DNA of 64,000 nucleotides from contig NC_045696.1 of the NCBI RefSeq assembly GCF_009834535.1, forward strand, positions 39,620,001-39,684,000. The letters are read 5' to 3'. Of this stretch, positions 13,311 through 26,518 are shown piece by piece; the first letter of the stretch is position 1, and the number at the start of each line of letters is the position of its first letter. The translations under genes and the position numbers were made by a program. The notes beneath the pieces are model-generated. The model saw only the letters and a list, made by a program, of their open reading frames with translations, was not told the DNA's origin and ran no database searches. The stretch comes from Camelus ferus (taxonomy: Eukaryota).

Positions 13311-13611
13311 TATAAATAGAGGTTGTGACATGGTATCTCACTGTGGTTTTGATTTGCATTTTCCTAATAATTAAAGAATTGAGCATCTTTTCATGTGCTT
13401 ATTGGCAGTTTGTATACCTTATTTGGAGAAATGTCTATTCAGATCCTTTGCTTTTTTTTGTTGTTGTTGTCAGATTCTTTTTCTTTTTTAATTTATTTAA
13501 AATGTGTATGACTGTTGAGAACAAAACTTATAACATTCTCTGGTAGGGTTTTCAATATACATACATGTAATTCTTCAGACAACTATGACATAAAGAATGG
13601 AGGATAAATGA

Positions 13612-13649
13612 ATATATATAAATATATATATTTATATATATATATATAT
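13612..13649. repeat. (AT)n microsatellite
   Basis: Interrupted TA dinucleotide run. Confidence 0.85.
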
Positions 13650-14420
13650 GGTTTATATGGTTTTAGGCTTGAAATGAAGGGCTAGGAAGTCCAGAAAATA
13701 GAGGACCTATGGTGCAGAGATCCTTTGGTAACGTATTTTCATATGATGCATACGTGCTGTTAAATCCTTTCACAAAATGCTGACACTTTTAAATGTGTTG
13801 ATGTAAGGGAAAACATATTTAAATTATTTTAATAGATAACATTTTCCTATATTGCTAAGTTTTATTTTTCCCTTACTTATCAACCTCTTTGTCTGGAATC
13901 ATTTACAAGAAATATATGAGAATTGGATGATAGAAACAGCAAGGGAGGATGAAGGTCATTTGTAGTAGTATATGCTACCAGAAAAGAACTTTGCTTTCCT
14001 GTAACCATAATTTAGATTAAAATTATATAAATATCCACATACTTATGCAAATGAGACAAATACCCAGATAAGTGACCAGTATAAAACTCTTTTTCTGCAA
14101 TGAGTTCTCACAAAAAAAGAGATACCAAGAAATTGTAATTGATCCTAGACAATTATCTTAATTCTCCAGCTAGCACTTTTGGAAACAGACTCAGAAAATG
14201 TTAGTATAAAAATATAATGAAAACAGTCTTCAAACTTTTTAAAAAAATTTACATGTATGTACTGTTCATTGTTTCTAAGAACAGTTAAGAGCTTTAGCTT
14301 TTATACTAGTTATCAAGGGAATAAAGCCTACCACAAAATAAGAATCAACAGAATACAGTGATCCATTCATAAAGGACAGCAAATGTACTTACACATATTC
14401 AAGAAATCAGTTATCTAATC

Positions 14421-16352
14421 TGTAAATAATAAATAGTTCATTTGTATTCTTTTTTTTTTAGATTCCACATATAAGTGACATCATATGGCATTTTTCTTTC
14501 CCTTTCTGGCTTGCTTCACTTAGAATGATGATCTCCGGGTCCATCCATGTTATTGCAAATAACACTATTTTATTCTTTTTTATGACTGAGTAGTAGTCCA
14601 TTGTATATGTATATATACCACATCTTCTTTATCCAGTCATCTGTTGATGGACATTTGGGTTGTTTCCATGTCTTGGCTATTGCAAATAATAGTGCTGTGA
14701 ACATTGGGATGCATGTGTCTTTTTGAATTATATTTTTCTCTGGGTATATGCCCAGGACTGGTATTGATGGATCATATGGTAAGTCTGTTTTTAGTTTTTT
14801 AAGGAACCTCCATACTGTCCTCCATAGTGGCTGCACCAGTGTACATTCCCACCAACAGTGTAGGAAGGTTCCTTTTTCTCTACACCCTTTCCAGCATTTA
14901 TTGTTTGTAGACTTTTTAATGATGGCCATTCTGGCTGGTGTGAGGTGGTATCTCATTGTAGTTTTGATGTGCATTTCTCTAACAATTAGTGATGTTGAGC
15001 ATCTTTCCATGTTCTTGTTGGCCATCTGTCTGTCTTCTTTGGAAAGATGTCTATTTAGTTCTTCTGCCCAGTTTTTGATTGGGTTGCTTGTTATTTTGAT
15101 ATTAAGGTATATGAGCTGTTTGTATATTTTGGAAATTAGTCCCTTGTTGATCACATCATTTCCAAATATTTTCTCCCATTCTATAGGTTGTCTTTTTGTT
15201 TTTTGATGGTATCCTTAGCTGTGCAAAAGCTTTTAAGTTTAATTAGATCCCATTTATTTATTTTTGCTTTTGTTTCCATTACTACAGGAGCTGGTTCAAA
15301 AAATATGTTGCTGTGATTTATGTCCGAGAGTGTTCTGCCTATGTTTTCCTCTAGGAGTTCTGTAATATCTGGTCTTACATTTAAGTTTTTAATCCATTTT
15401 GAGTTATTTTTATATATAGTGTTAGAGAATGTTCTAATTTTGTTCTTTTACAGGTAGCTGTCCAGTTTTCCCAGCACCACTTATTGAAGAGACTGTCTTT
15501 TCTCCATTGAATATTTCTTGCCTCCTTTGTCATAGATTAATTGGCCATAAGTGCGTGGGTTTGTTTCTGGACCTTCTATTCTGTTCTGTTGATCTGTGTG
15601 TCTGTTTTTGTACAAGTGCCATACTGTCTTGATTACTATAGTTTTGTAGTATAGTCTGAAGTCAGGGAGTGTGATTCTCCCAGCTCTGTTCTTCTTTTTC
15701 AAGATTATTTTGGCTATTCAAGGTCTTTTATGTTTCCATACAAATTTTAACATTTTTTGTTCCAGCTCTGTGAAAAATGTTGTTGGTAGTTTGATAGGGG
15801 TTGCACTGAATCAGTATATTGCCTTGGGTAGTTGGCCATTTTAACAATATTGATTCTTCCAATCCAAGAACAGTATCTCTTTCCATTTGTTTATGTCATC
15901 TTCAATTTCTTTCATCAGTGTCTTATAGTTTTCAGAGGACAGGTCTTTTGCCTCCTTGGATAGGTTTATTCCTAGGTACTTTATTCTTTTTGGTGCAGTA
16001 GTAAATAGTATTGTTTCCTTAATTTTCTTTTCTGCTATTTATTGTTAGCATATAGAAATGCAACTGATTTCTATATATTAATTTTGTATCCTGCAACTTT
16101 ACCAAACTTGTTGATGAATTCTAGTAGTTTTCTGGTCGCTTGTTAGGGTTTTCTACAGTATCATGTCATCTGCAAACAGTGACAGTTTTACTTTTTTGTT
16201 TCCAATTTGGATTCCTTTTATTTCTTCTTTGATTGGCTAGGACTTCCAAAACTATGTTGAATAAAAATGACGAGAGTGAGCATCCTTGTCTTGTTCCTGA
16301 TCTTAGAGAAAATGCTTTCAGCTTTTCCCCATTAAGTATAATGTTAGCTGTG
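14421..16352 (-). mobile_element. 5'-truncated, frameshifted L1 (ORF2 RT to C-terminus plus part of 3' UTR)
   Basis: ORFs 14570..15154, 15481..15702 and 16166..16414 read as L1 ORF2 ([36 protein letters not shown]). Confidence 0.93.
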
Positions 16353-18119
16353 AAGCATTGGCTTTTTTGAAAGACTGTAAGAGGTGTGTGTATGCATGTA
16401 GGAATTAGCTGCACATCATTGTATTAGCAGAAGAATTGGTTGCAGGGAGAGAGAAAGTTAATTATATATATTCTTCTGCTGTGCACAAAGAAGAAAAAAA
16501 CTGTATTTAGGAATCAGCCAGAATGTATACATTTGGTCCTATTCATTGAAACTATGCAAATAGCTTTTGTGGGAGGGGGTGGAGGAGTTTACATAAATTC
16601 AATTATAATTTTCTATTAACTTACTTAGTAATCAGATTTTTCCCCTTAATTTGATTAAATAGCAGTAGCTGGGAACTTCAGGTTTAAATTTGGCTTTGTC
16701 AGGCGGTGTAACATTGAAGAGTACTTAATTTTATGTGGGCTAAGTCTTTATTTTTTAATTATGGCCTGTTGAGAATTTTCAGATCCTTCTAGCAGAAATC
16801 CCATCAACCAGACTACTAATTCCTTAAGACTTATCTCTTTAATTGTGAAATGAATAGTTTTTCATATTACAGTGTTTGTAAGTAAGTATATTAATAAATG
16901 CATGTATTTAATGTGTATCATTTCCTTGCTTAAAAAAGGTTCATGCTGTTACAGTTAAAAAAAAATACAGTAGATACAGTTTTCCACAATGTACAATTTA
17001 AAAATTTCCCACAACATACAATTTTAAAACCCAGAAAGCTCTCTTGCGTGGGGATGATAGCAACCCTGTTTTCATCATCATGTGTGAAAGGGGCTTAGTG
17101 CGGTGCTAGGCATTTTGTAGGTACTTAATGAAGGGTGCTATTGTTTACATGATCATCAACACAGAGGGTGGAGCTCCTTGGTAGATAGCGAGGTTACCAG
17201 ACACATTTGGATCCTGCCATAAATAATAGGAACCATTACTTAAAAGAGGGGTAATAAATGAGTTAAAGAGGCCAGAGGCCTTTACATCCATGGCAGTGAG
17301 GTCCTGTGTGTCTCCTTGCAGGCTTGGGCTATATGGAGGTGGGTAGGGCTAGGAGGCTTAGGGGACCCATGGTGCTAAAACTGAGATGTTAGTGCGTAAG
17401 TAGATCTGGAGCTAATGCTCACGGGGGTATGTGATTCCAGAGGAGTCGTAAGCTGAGCAATAACTACAAAGAGGAAGGAAAGCAAGATGTGAGATCTGTT
17501 GCCGAGTTCAGATGGTGCAGGGCGTGTGTCATTGTGAGCAGAGAACTGATGGAGACCTGAATGGAGAAGGGCCTCTCCCAGGGCTGAATGGAAACAAGCT
17601 GTCAGCAGGCCCACCTGGTAAGATTCTGGAGGTGAGCCTTGAATGGGGGAACCCAGCTAAGGGGAAAGCTGTGGCTGAAATCCTGCCCACACCAAGATAA
17701 GTGCCCACAGGGCTGTGTGGAGCCTGAGGATGAGGGGAGGGAGTCCTTTTCTAATTTGCACAAAGATGCAAGTTGTTGAGCAGTTGAGCAGCTGGGGGAG
17801 AGAGGAGACTGAGCAGCAGCAGAGCAAGACATCTGTCACTGAGGAAGCGGAGGGTCTCAGGGGACAGAGTGGATGAGGACGTGGCTTAGGATCCTAGTTA
17901 CTAAAGTATTGAAAGTTTGGTTGCAGAGTTGCTGGGGTGGCCGAGAGGGAGAAGAAGCAGACCTTGAAAAACTAGGATGTATATAATTCAGGGACCCGGC
18001 AACAAGAACTCAAGTCTGCTGAATGAGGTGTCCAAGGTCAACGTGGGATCATTGGGAACCTGACCAAACTGTTGAGCTGCTACTCAAGGGCTTCCCAGGC
18101 TCCCTTTCCTTTGGGCCAG

Positions 18120-18232
18120 CGATTGGGGTGGGGCGGAGCCTACAGAAGGGCATTGGAGATGTCTGAGGCCAGGTGTAGAGGCCATCGGGTGTGGAGAGGC
18201 CAGGCAGGCTGGGTGCATCTGTGTGTGCAAGG
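18120..18232 (+). promoter_or_regulatory. Candidate alternative promoter and short first exon of ST3GAL6
   Basis: Inverted CCAAT (ATTGG 18122-18126) next to an Sp1/KLF GC box (GGGGCGGAG 18130-18138), then a possible donor AAGG|gtattt at 18232/18233. Confidence 0.4.
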
Positions 18233-21200
18233 GTATTTCTTCCCTGGAGTCGTATGATACTGAGTTACCCAGTGTTTTTGGGCTTGGCAAATAGAACGTT
18301 GTTTCTAGAATTATTGCTGAATGTATGCTTCTTTCTAGCTGGTTGTTGGAAAAACAAATCCCCTTTGGTTTGAACAAGCTTTAGGAGAATCTAAAAATAA
18401 AAATCTGACCATTTTCAAGTGTCATTCAAGTGTCATAGGGTTTTTGTTTTGTTTGTTTAAGCAATGCTGTTATGGTCACTTGAGGGGCTCAAGAATGTGC
18501 TTTGAAATAAGAACCCTCCAGTATGATTCTTCTGCATATTGAGGTTTGAGAATCACTGCTCTAGGGACACTCAAAGGAATGGAGAAAAAAATAACGGATT
18601 TCCTGAAATCCAGAGAAATGGGTTGGGAAAAACAAGTTTGTGAGTAATAGGGTTTTATTTCAACATAGTCTGTGGCTATCAACTTTCTCTCCTTTGCACC
18701 AACTCCTAGAATTTATGCTGCTTAAGGAGCTGGTGGGATGGACACATTCGACATTCTGTAATGTTTAGTCTGGTATCAGAAGGCTAGACCTGCACCTGAG
18801 TGTAAAAGCTCCCATCGGGAGCGCGGCAGCGCAGGGCGTGGGCTCGGGGATGGCAGATACAGGTCTGAGTCAGCTCAGGAAAGTCACCCCTCCTCTCAGA
18901 GCTTCGGTTTCCTCATCTGTGAAATGGGAATTGGAAGTTTACTCTTTCCCTCCCAGGGCAGTCGTGAGGATGACGTGAGATACTACACCACAAGCCTTTG
19001 TCAGAGATTATGATTCTAATCAGCCATTATCCATTGGGCATTTGCCATGTGCTGGGCATTTAGGGTAAAAAATTAATACAAAGCATCTAGTTATGGGATC
19101 TGTAACTACATTCAGAGACTGTCTACTGAGCATCTGTGTGACAGGTGTTGTTAGAAGTAAGGAAATAAATAAATGGAAATAAAATGATGGACAAGTCCTG
19201 CTCTCACAGAGCTTGCCATCTAGTGTCTAGTGGGATAATTACTGTAATATCTGTTACCGTCTCTGTATTTCAGTAAGTGTTACTTTTTTTTTTTCTCCAT
19301 GGTTCTCTTGAGTGTCCTAGAGCAGTGATTCTCATACTTGAGGACCCATAAGAATCAGACTGGGAGGGAGCTTGTTTCAGCGCATGTTCTGGAGCCCAGA
19401 GACACAGGTGAATTAGGGGTTCAGAACTGTGCACTTTAATAAGCCCCCAGCTGGCGTGGACCCCCAGACCTGCCACCCTGTCCCCTTCACCCAGGTCTGA
19501 ACTTACCCTTTTGGAATGCTGGCCACCACGGTCAGGAAGTTACACATGAGACTTCTGTCTTTCTAGTTCCCCTCCTGGCTTTTGTCTTGATAGACAGGAT
19601 GACACCAGGAATAGAACTGTGAGAAAGAAATGGTCAGGCTTTAGTCTGTTTTTGTCTGTTAGACTGTGTAAACTGAGACAGCTCACTCAACCTCAGAACC
19701 TTTCAGCTCCCTCATTCGTTAAGATCATGCCTGAACGTTGATTTATCAAGCTGGTTTTGAATCTTAAGTAAAGTGATGGCTATACAAGCATTTATGAATT
19801 TATAAAATGTACTTTTATTATTAAAGAGAAGGAGAAACTGTTGCCAAGTTTGAGCTCACTTTGGTATATGTAGATTATTCATATTTTGGGTTATGTATCA
19901 TCATTTGAGAAGAAATACATATTTGGTCTCTGCCAGTGAGTCCTGCCCACCCTTGATGCCCTGTACCACACTTTAGATGCATAATTGCTTTATGACTTGC
20001 AGTTTATAAAGGATGTTTTAAGGACCCTGGTCTTAGTAGCAGCCCCATCCAAGAAGCTGGTATGTTTCATTTATTGTCAAGACCATGAAACTTGTTTGTT
20101 TTAGTAATTGAAGTTATGTTGAAGGGACCTTCCCTGCCCCACCCAACCTTTAAAACAGGCACTCTATGTTAAATTCTAACTGGTTTTCCTTTGAAATCTT
20201 TGGCTCAAAGCAAAATGGTCATTTCATCCATAGAATTAAAATTAGAGAATTCATTTGTTTGTGAAAGTTTTTCCTGTGAGCAAGCAGAGGGACTCCACAT
20301 GCTTATCACAAGGATATCCTGGCTGGCCCTGGGTGACGTTGCAACTGGAATGTGGCTGCCTGGAGTTGCCTGGGGCACGTAGAGAGTGGCAGAGCTGAAA
20401 CCTCTCACGCGGTGTATGCAGTGGCTCCTCCAAGAGAAGGTTCATTTTACTTTTGAGGACAAAAAGAATAGTGTTTTCTCACACTTCTTTGTTTTCAGCT
20501 AAGCCACAAGTGGGTGAATGAAAAACAGTAATTCACTCATACTTCTGTGCTCTATAAAATAATACATAAATTTCTCAAAGAATGTGTTTTGAGGGACAGA
20601 TAAGCAAATTGAGTTGTAAATACTGAGTTCTTTCTCTAGACCTCCACGTGCTGTCTTATCTTCAGTGTAAACATGTTTTGAACCATTGCTGACAGTGATA
20701 AGTGGCTTCCTTGTTGGGTATTTGCAAAACTGGTGTTATTCTGGGTAGAGTCTTAAACATATTTAATTTGAGTATTTAAGTAGGTTGTTTGGTGACTCTT
20801 TTGGCCTGTGGTGAAGGTCTTCTAGGGCAGTCTTGTGCCTGACATCAGTAATTTCCAAAACTGTCTCGGTACAAGGCTAACTTGGGGTTCTAGGACTCCC
20901 CGGGTTGCCAGACACCCCTGATGTCTGAGACCATCAGCGTGTACAACCAAAAAGGCTTAAATTACAGTGTATTTTCAAAGGAGTCACAGGGTACAGAAAG
21001 AATTCGACTGTGTTCTTTGGATTCTTTTATATTTATCCTCCATTCATGTTTGCCTGACACTTGTATAAAAAAACAAAACCAAAGCATTCTGCTGAGGCCA
21101 ATTCAGTCGAAGGGAGGAGCCACTCCCCGTCCACACGGCTCCCTGTGTCCTGTCAGCATGGAGCATGGACCATGGACTCTGGCCAAAGTGTGTAATATTT

Positions 21201-21547
21201 TCACTTCTCTCACGCGTGAAAGGGAAGAAACAAAAAGCTAGCATTTGTTGGACGCATCATGAGGGCCAGGCTCTGGCTGGCTGTCTTGTTGTCTTTGTTT
21301 CCTCAGTTAAGCACTTTCAGTGATGCATCCAACTTCCCAAACTCCTCACTGTCTCAGACTTGTACTCTGATCATCCCAAACCTTAATTCTCTCCATTACT
21401 TGGATTTTACCAATTATTTCTCAAAAAAACACAGTATCATACTTTTTTTTTTTACCCACTAATGATCATGCAATTTATTTCTTGCATTTTACTGAGAAGA
21501 ATTTAAGGTGATTTTTAAAGTCATGCATAATACATCAAGACATACAC

Positions 21548-21680
21548 TTTTTTAATTTTTTATGTTTTGGGGTGGGGGTAATTAGATTTGTTTGTTTATT
21601 TATAATGGACAGCACTGGGGTTTGAACCCAGGATCTCGTGCAGGCTAAGCACACACTCCACCACTGAGCTATCCCCTCCC
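21548..21680 (-). mobile_element. tRNA-derived SINE (Vic-1-like)
   Basis: A/B-box head, CTAATTACC tail motif, TSD caagacatacac / caagacagacat. Confidence 0.85.
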
Positions 21681-23572
21681 CAAGACAGACATTAGAAATG
21701 GATGAGGAAGACAGAACAAAGTGGGAAGGGAAGCACGAGCTTGGGGTGGTCACGTGTCCCGTCTGTGCTGTGCTCCTTTGCCAGCGAAAGACGCTGGCCT
21801 TTCTGCCACAGCCACGCGCAGTCGCATCTCCTGTGAGGCCCGTGAGAATGTAGCACTGGCTGCATCGAGTCTCCCTTTGTCTTTCTCAAACCCGTGCATT
21901 TTACTGTGTAGAGGAAAGCACAGCTGGCTTTAGTTTTAGAAAACAAACAACCATGAAATACACACACTCATTCAGCACATATTTTTGTGTCATAGGTTAT
22001 GCCGGATGCCCATCACTTTGGCTAATCAGCCTAATAACCGAAACTGCTGTGTGCTTTCACTTGTCAGTTGTTGGCAAAGGTAAAATGATGGACCTAAGGT
22101 CCGCCAAGCCAGGAATTATGAGGACTTGGGCCCCGATTCATGTCTTCTGATTTCTCACCCGTGTTGACCCTCATGGGGATTATATCCACTAAATTAGAAG
22201 CATGTGTAAACTAAAGTCTGCTGGTTTAATGCATTCATTTGCTTCCTCCTGACTACAGTCATTTCCAATTAGTATATAATAGTGGCATGTGGGGGCGGTG
22301 GCGGCCTTAATAGCAGTGAGGAGCAGCAACTGACAGTAAGGGAGGCAACACCGCGGGATCGTCACTACAGCTTAGGGGTGCTTCCAAACAGCCCACACCC
22401 TCCTGAGCTCCCAAGGGTCTCAACTCTAAGGGAACCCAGAGCAATTATGACATTCATTACGAGGTCCTCACACCATCAAGGAGATCTGAAATTATGTTTA
22501 GTACATTCTACTTAAGACAATGGAGCGCTTTAAGAATCTAACCAGACTCACATGGTCTACACTGCATTGCCCCATTTGAGGTTAAGAGATACGGACAGGA
22601 GTGAGTGAAGTGGTACCTTCATATGTCTTGATGAATCAGAAACTCGACAAGAGATGCACAGAAATAGTATATCTGTTTAAGTAACATGCAGTGAAGTAGA
22701 AGGTCTAGTATAGAAACATGTACTAAATTTGTGTTTGACATTTAGTTACAAATGGAAGTGAGAACATTTATTTCTGCCTTTGAAGCAGAAGTGGGAACTA
22801 AACAAAATGCTTTAGACTATTAAAAATATATTTTGTAAAGAGGCTTTTTTGTGCATTTGTTTTCTAGGGAAGATTGTGCCCATTTTTTGGTCGACTGATA
22901 AATGTGTGGTGAACTGTACTGTCCATTTAATATAAAAACAAGCAAAAAATTGGCTAAATTTACCTATGCCGTGATATGGTATATCTAAAAGTATATAAAA
23001 GTTGAGAATGTGTGAAGTATTTTTTTGAGGGGGGAGGTATTTTTTAGCAACCTTGTTTCTCTAATTCTTTCAAATTAGGAAAAGGACTTTTAGCATGAAT
23101 AGCATTTAAGAATCATTTCAAGCACTGGTGAAACAAAATGTTTATATTTTAAGGCATAGATTCACTTTCTTTTGAGAGAGAAAATAGATATTTTTTAATA
23201 TTTCTGAAAAAAAGTTTTGGATATTGATTAGATAGGTAAAATTTTGTTCCAAATGAAATTTTTTTCTTACCTAACATGGGAAGGTAGTATGGAAGCCACT
23301 AGCTTTGAAACATTGGAACTGCTTATTGGTCTAAACATGAATTGCGTTGTGTTGATTAAAGAGGATGAGGAGAAACAAAAAAATGTTCTCTTTTTGACAC
23401 TTTAGTGGGTGTTTCCAAAATAATTGGCTTCCATCAGTTTTTTCTACTCTCTCTCTGTCTCTCTCTGTTTATTCACTGATGCTTGTAGTTGTAAGACGTT
23501 GTGTAAATCCATCTGTGTAACAATCTCACTGTTCCTTTGGCCTTCATTCCTTGTGTTTCAGGTGGGCCAGCC

Positions 23573-23661
23573 ATGAGAGGGTACCTTGTGGCCATATTCC
23601 TGAGTGCTGTCTTCCTCTATTATGTGCTGCACTGTATACTATGGGGAACAAATGTCTACTG
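23573..23661 (+). CDS. ST3GAL6: ST3GAL6 coding exon 1 (start codon, short cytoplasmic tail, transmembrane signal-anchor); exon begins at 23562
   Basis: Acceptor ttgtgtttcag|GTGGGCCAGCCATG with Kozak GCCATG. Translates [29 protein letters not shown](W), matching the ST3GAL6 N-terminus as I recall it. Donor TG|gtaagt. Confidence 0.97.
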
Positions 23662-24997
23662 GTAAGTTTCATTTTTGCTGTTTAAGAATGAGTCCAAAAC
23701 TAGTCTTTAACACAGACATGCAAATTATATTAGAGGGACCTATTAAAAAAAAAAAAAACCAGCCTGTAATACTTTGAACCTTGTCTAGCTTTCCCATTAT
23801 GAATTGGGGTTATACCGTTCTAATACCCTATACATTGCATCTAACAGCTTAACAACTGATAGGCAACACCATCTTTTTCTTGACTCTTTAGTGAAGCAGG
23901 GGTGTTGACCATCTCTGGGACATAACATTCTTCACTTATAATATTTCATCTTTTGAATTGATGGAGTCATTCTTGGGCTCAGTGATACTTGATTCTTAGA
24001 GCCTAAAATGCTAGAAGAGATTGTTGCTAAAATATAGACACTGCTATGGTTTCCTTTGTTTAAAAAATATTTGGTGAGTAATGACATAGGTACATTTTGA
24101 AACCACTTTGACCTGAAATGTCATGTATAAAATTGGAAGAGGTGCAAGTAGTTTTATTGCAGAGAAAACTTCTTTAATAAACTTCTTGTCCTTTTCCCTA
24201 TTGTCAGTCCTTTGGTGAGGAATACAGCTTTGATGGCCTTTAAATCCTGAATGGGTGCTAGTACATGCCATCACAGTAAACCAGATAACAACCTCCTGTC
24301 TTAGGAAAAAGTTCAGTACTTTCTGCCACTGTTTCAAGAGTAGATCCTAGAGCATGTTTCTAGGGTTTTTTGTTTTTTAGGTTTTTTTGCTTTGTTTTTG
24401 TTTTAACTAGATGATAAAATAAATGGATGCTTTTGTATTTCATTTCATCATTGGTTGACTGAAAAATCATTGTAATGCTCTTCATGGACTGAAGGAAGAC
24501 AAATGGTTACTGGAAAAACCCAATGCCAGGTGGATGGATTTGGCCCTAAATTTTGAGGCTTTAGATTTAAATATTGAGCTAGATGTCTTAGAAGTCTGGT
24601 TATACACCATATGATGGTTCTACCACAGGCATCTCTGCCTTCATCTCTGCCACATCCTGTCTCTGCCCCACACTTAGTAATGGAAAACAAGAGCAGAAGA
24701 GAAAACACGGGGTTTGGTAGACTGCTACTTCCGCACCAATCCTGTCTTGTCATGGAGAAATGATAAAGAAGACAAAGAAAAGGGTCTGAATTCAGCGCAG
24801 TTTTGTCCTCAGAATTTGAGGAATGTTCGTGTCACTCCTAAGCTAACATGTTACTCCAGTCACAGAAAGTCTCGTGGGAAATTACCTCAGATGCATGTTT
24901 GTGCTGTGAAATTGCTTCCTTAAAACTATTTAAAACAGATATTTGTCTTTTTTTAAAAAAAAAACGTGCAAAGTTGTCTTCACAGTATCTCAAAACA

Positions 24998-25133
24998 GTT
25001 TTTTTTTTTTTAACATTTTTTATTGAGTTATAGTCATTTTACAATGTTGTGTCAAATTCCAATGTGGAGCACAATTTTTCAGTTATACATGAACATACAC
25101 ATATTCATTGTCATATTTTTTTTTTGGTGTGAG
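24998..25133 (-). mobile_element. Short L1 3' tail insertion
   Basis: Poly-T, then ttattgagttatagtc...ttacaatgttgtgtcaaattcc...cagttatacat, similar to the other L1 3' ends in the window. Confidence 0.65.
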
Positions 25134-26197
25134 AAAATTGTTTTTTAACAACCTTAGAAACCAAGTAATATACTTCGTTTTTTTCTCTGAATATAATTTG
25201 GTTTTTATGGCTTGGTGTGCTGGTCCCCATATTTATATACATTTCTTACCTATAAATCAAGAGACATTTTTGCCATTTGGGGTGTTTACAAAAGATGTGT
25301 CTCTGCATAAGAACTTAGCCTCGTGGTTCAGGAACCTAGCTGTTCTAACTGGGGATTTTGTACCAAAAAAGGGGAGTGGGATGGGGAACTGAATCTATCC
25401 ACGGACGGTTTAGGCTATTTCTTTCAGTTTGAGCCCTGTGAGTATAGAAGAAAATTGATTAGTTTTCTTTTTCAGATTAATTCTTCACACAGTTGATGAT
25501 CACTAATACATTCTTATCAAGCTGTCTTCCTCTTTCCTGGCTGAGTCTAGATCTCCTCCCTCCTCCCTCTGCCCCCTGTCCCCTTCATTTATTTTCATTG
25601 TTGTGTTCTGTCCTGTTCCACAATACCCTTTTAAATTGTGGAGACAAGTGCTCCATTCAGGAGACACACAAACACCAACCTGTGCCAACAGCAGAGGAGA
25701 GTCAGATATGGCTCTAAATGGTGTGATTCGTGGAGTCCCCAGATCACCAGCAGGGGCTGTGGCATCTGCTCAGGGCAGTGTCTCTGTGCTGTTTACTGGA
25801 TAACGTGGGGACCGCCAGCAGAAGCTGGGTGCATTCGGGCTGAATCGGATTTGTCAGGCTTTCGGGAACTTCTGAAACATGAGCCTGGTGGTACCTTCCA
25901 CAGTGTTGTTGTCCTGGTTCTTCTCAAAGGGTTCTTTTGAGTCACTGCTCTTTGAACCCCTTCTGGGTCACTTATCACCTCAGCCTTCTCCACTCTCTCT
26001 TGCTTTGCATCCACGAATCCTCAGATGTGTCCAGGACTTGGCAAAGGTCCTGTCATACCTCAGGGGCCACATGAGGATGTTTGTTCCCGGTCTGAGAAGC
26101 CTCTCAGCTGGGGCACCACGGGGGTTCCCGGGCTTTTGGTTTGTTTTGGGCGGCTGCCTGGTTCTGGTTTCTGCCTGATGCTGTTTTTGTCTCACAG

Positions 26198-26275
26198 GGT
26201 GCCACCTGTGGAAATGAAGCGGAGAAATAAGATCCAGCCTTGTTTATCAAAGCCAGCCTTTGCCTCTCTCTTGAG
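26198..26275 (+). CDS. ST3GAL6: ST3GAL6 coding exon 2 (stem)
   Basis: ctcacag| ... AG|gtaaa; 78 nt; (W)VPPVEMKRRNKIQPCLSKPAFASLL(R); phase fits both neighbours. Confidence 0.96.
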
Positions 26276-26422
26276 GTAAAAATATGAAAGAAATTGTGGC
26301 ACACAAAATGTTCGAAATGTGTTTCTAATCATTTTCCACACTTTTTTTTTTCCATGCAAACCTTAGCAGTATAAAGTTGACACCCTATATTTAAGAAGAG
26401 CTTGAATATCCTGTGTGTTTTT

Positions 26423-26518
26423 ATATTTTTTATTTTTTTTAGTGGAGGTACTGGGGATTGAACCCAGGACCTCATGTATGCTAGGCATGTGCTCTACCAC
26501 TGAGCTATATCCACCTCC
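26423..26518 (-). mobile_element. tRNA-derived SINE (Vic-1-like, short form)
   Basis: ggaggtactggggattgaacccaggacctc...ctctaccactgagctata; TSD cctgtgtgttttt / cctgtgtcttttt. Confidence 0.85.

Noticed and set aside
14748..15206. 152-aa plus-strand ORF
   Set aside because: It is the antisense frame of L1 ORF2, which is commonly open.
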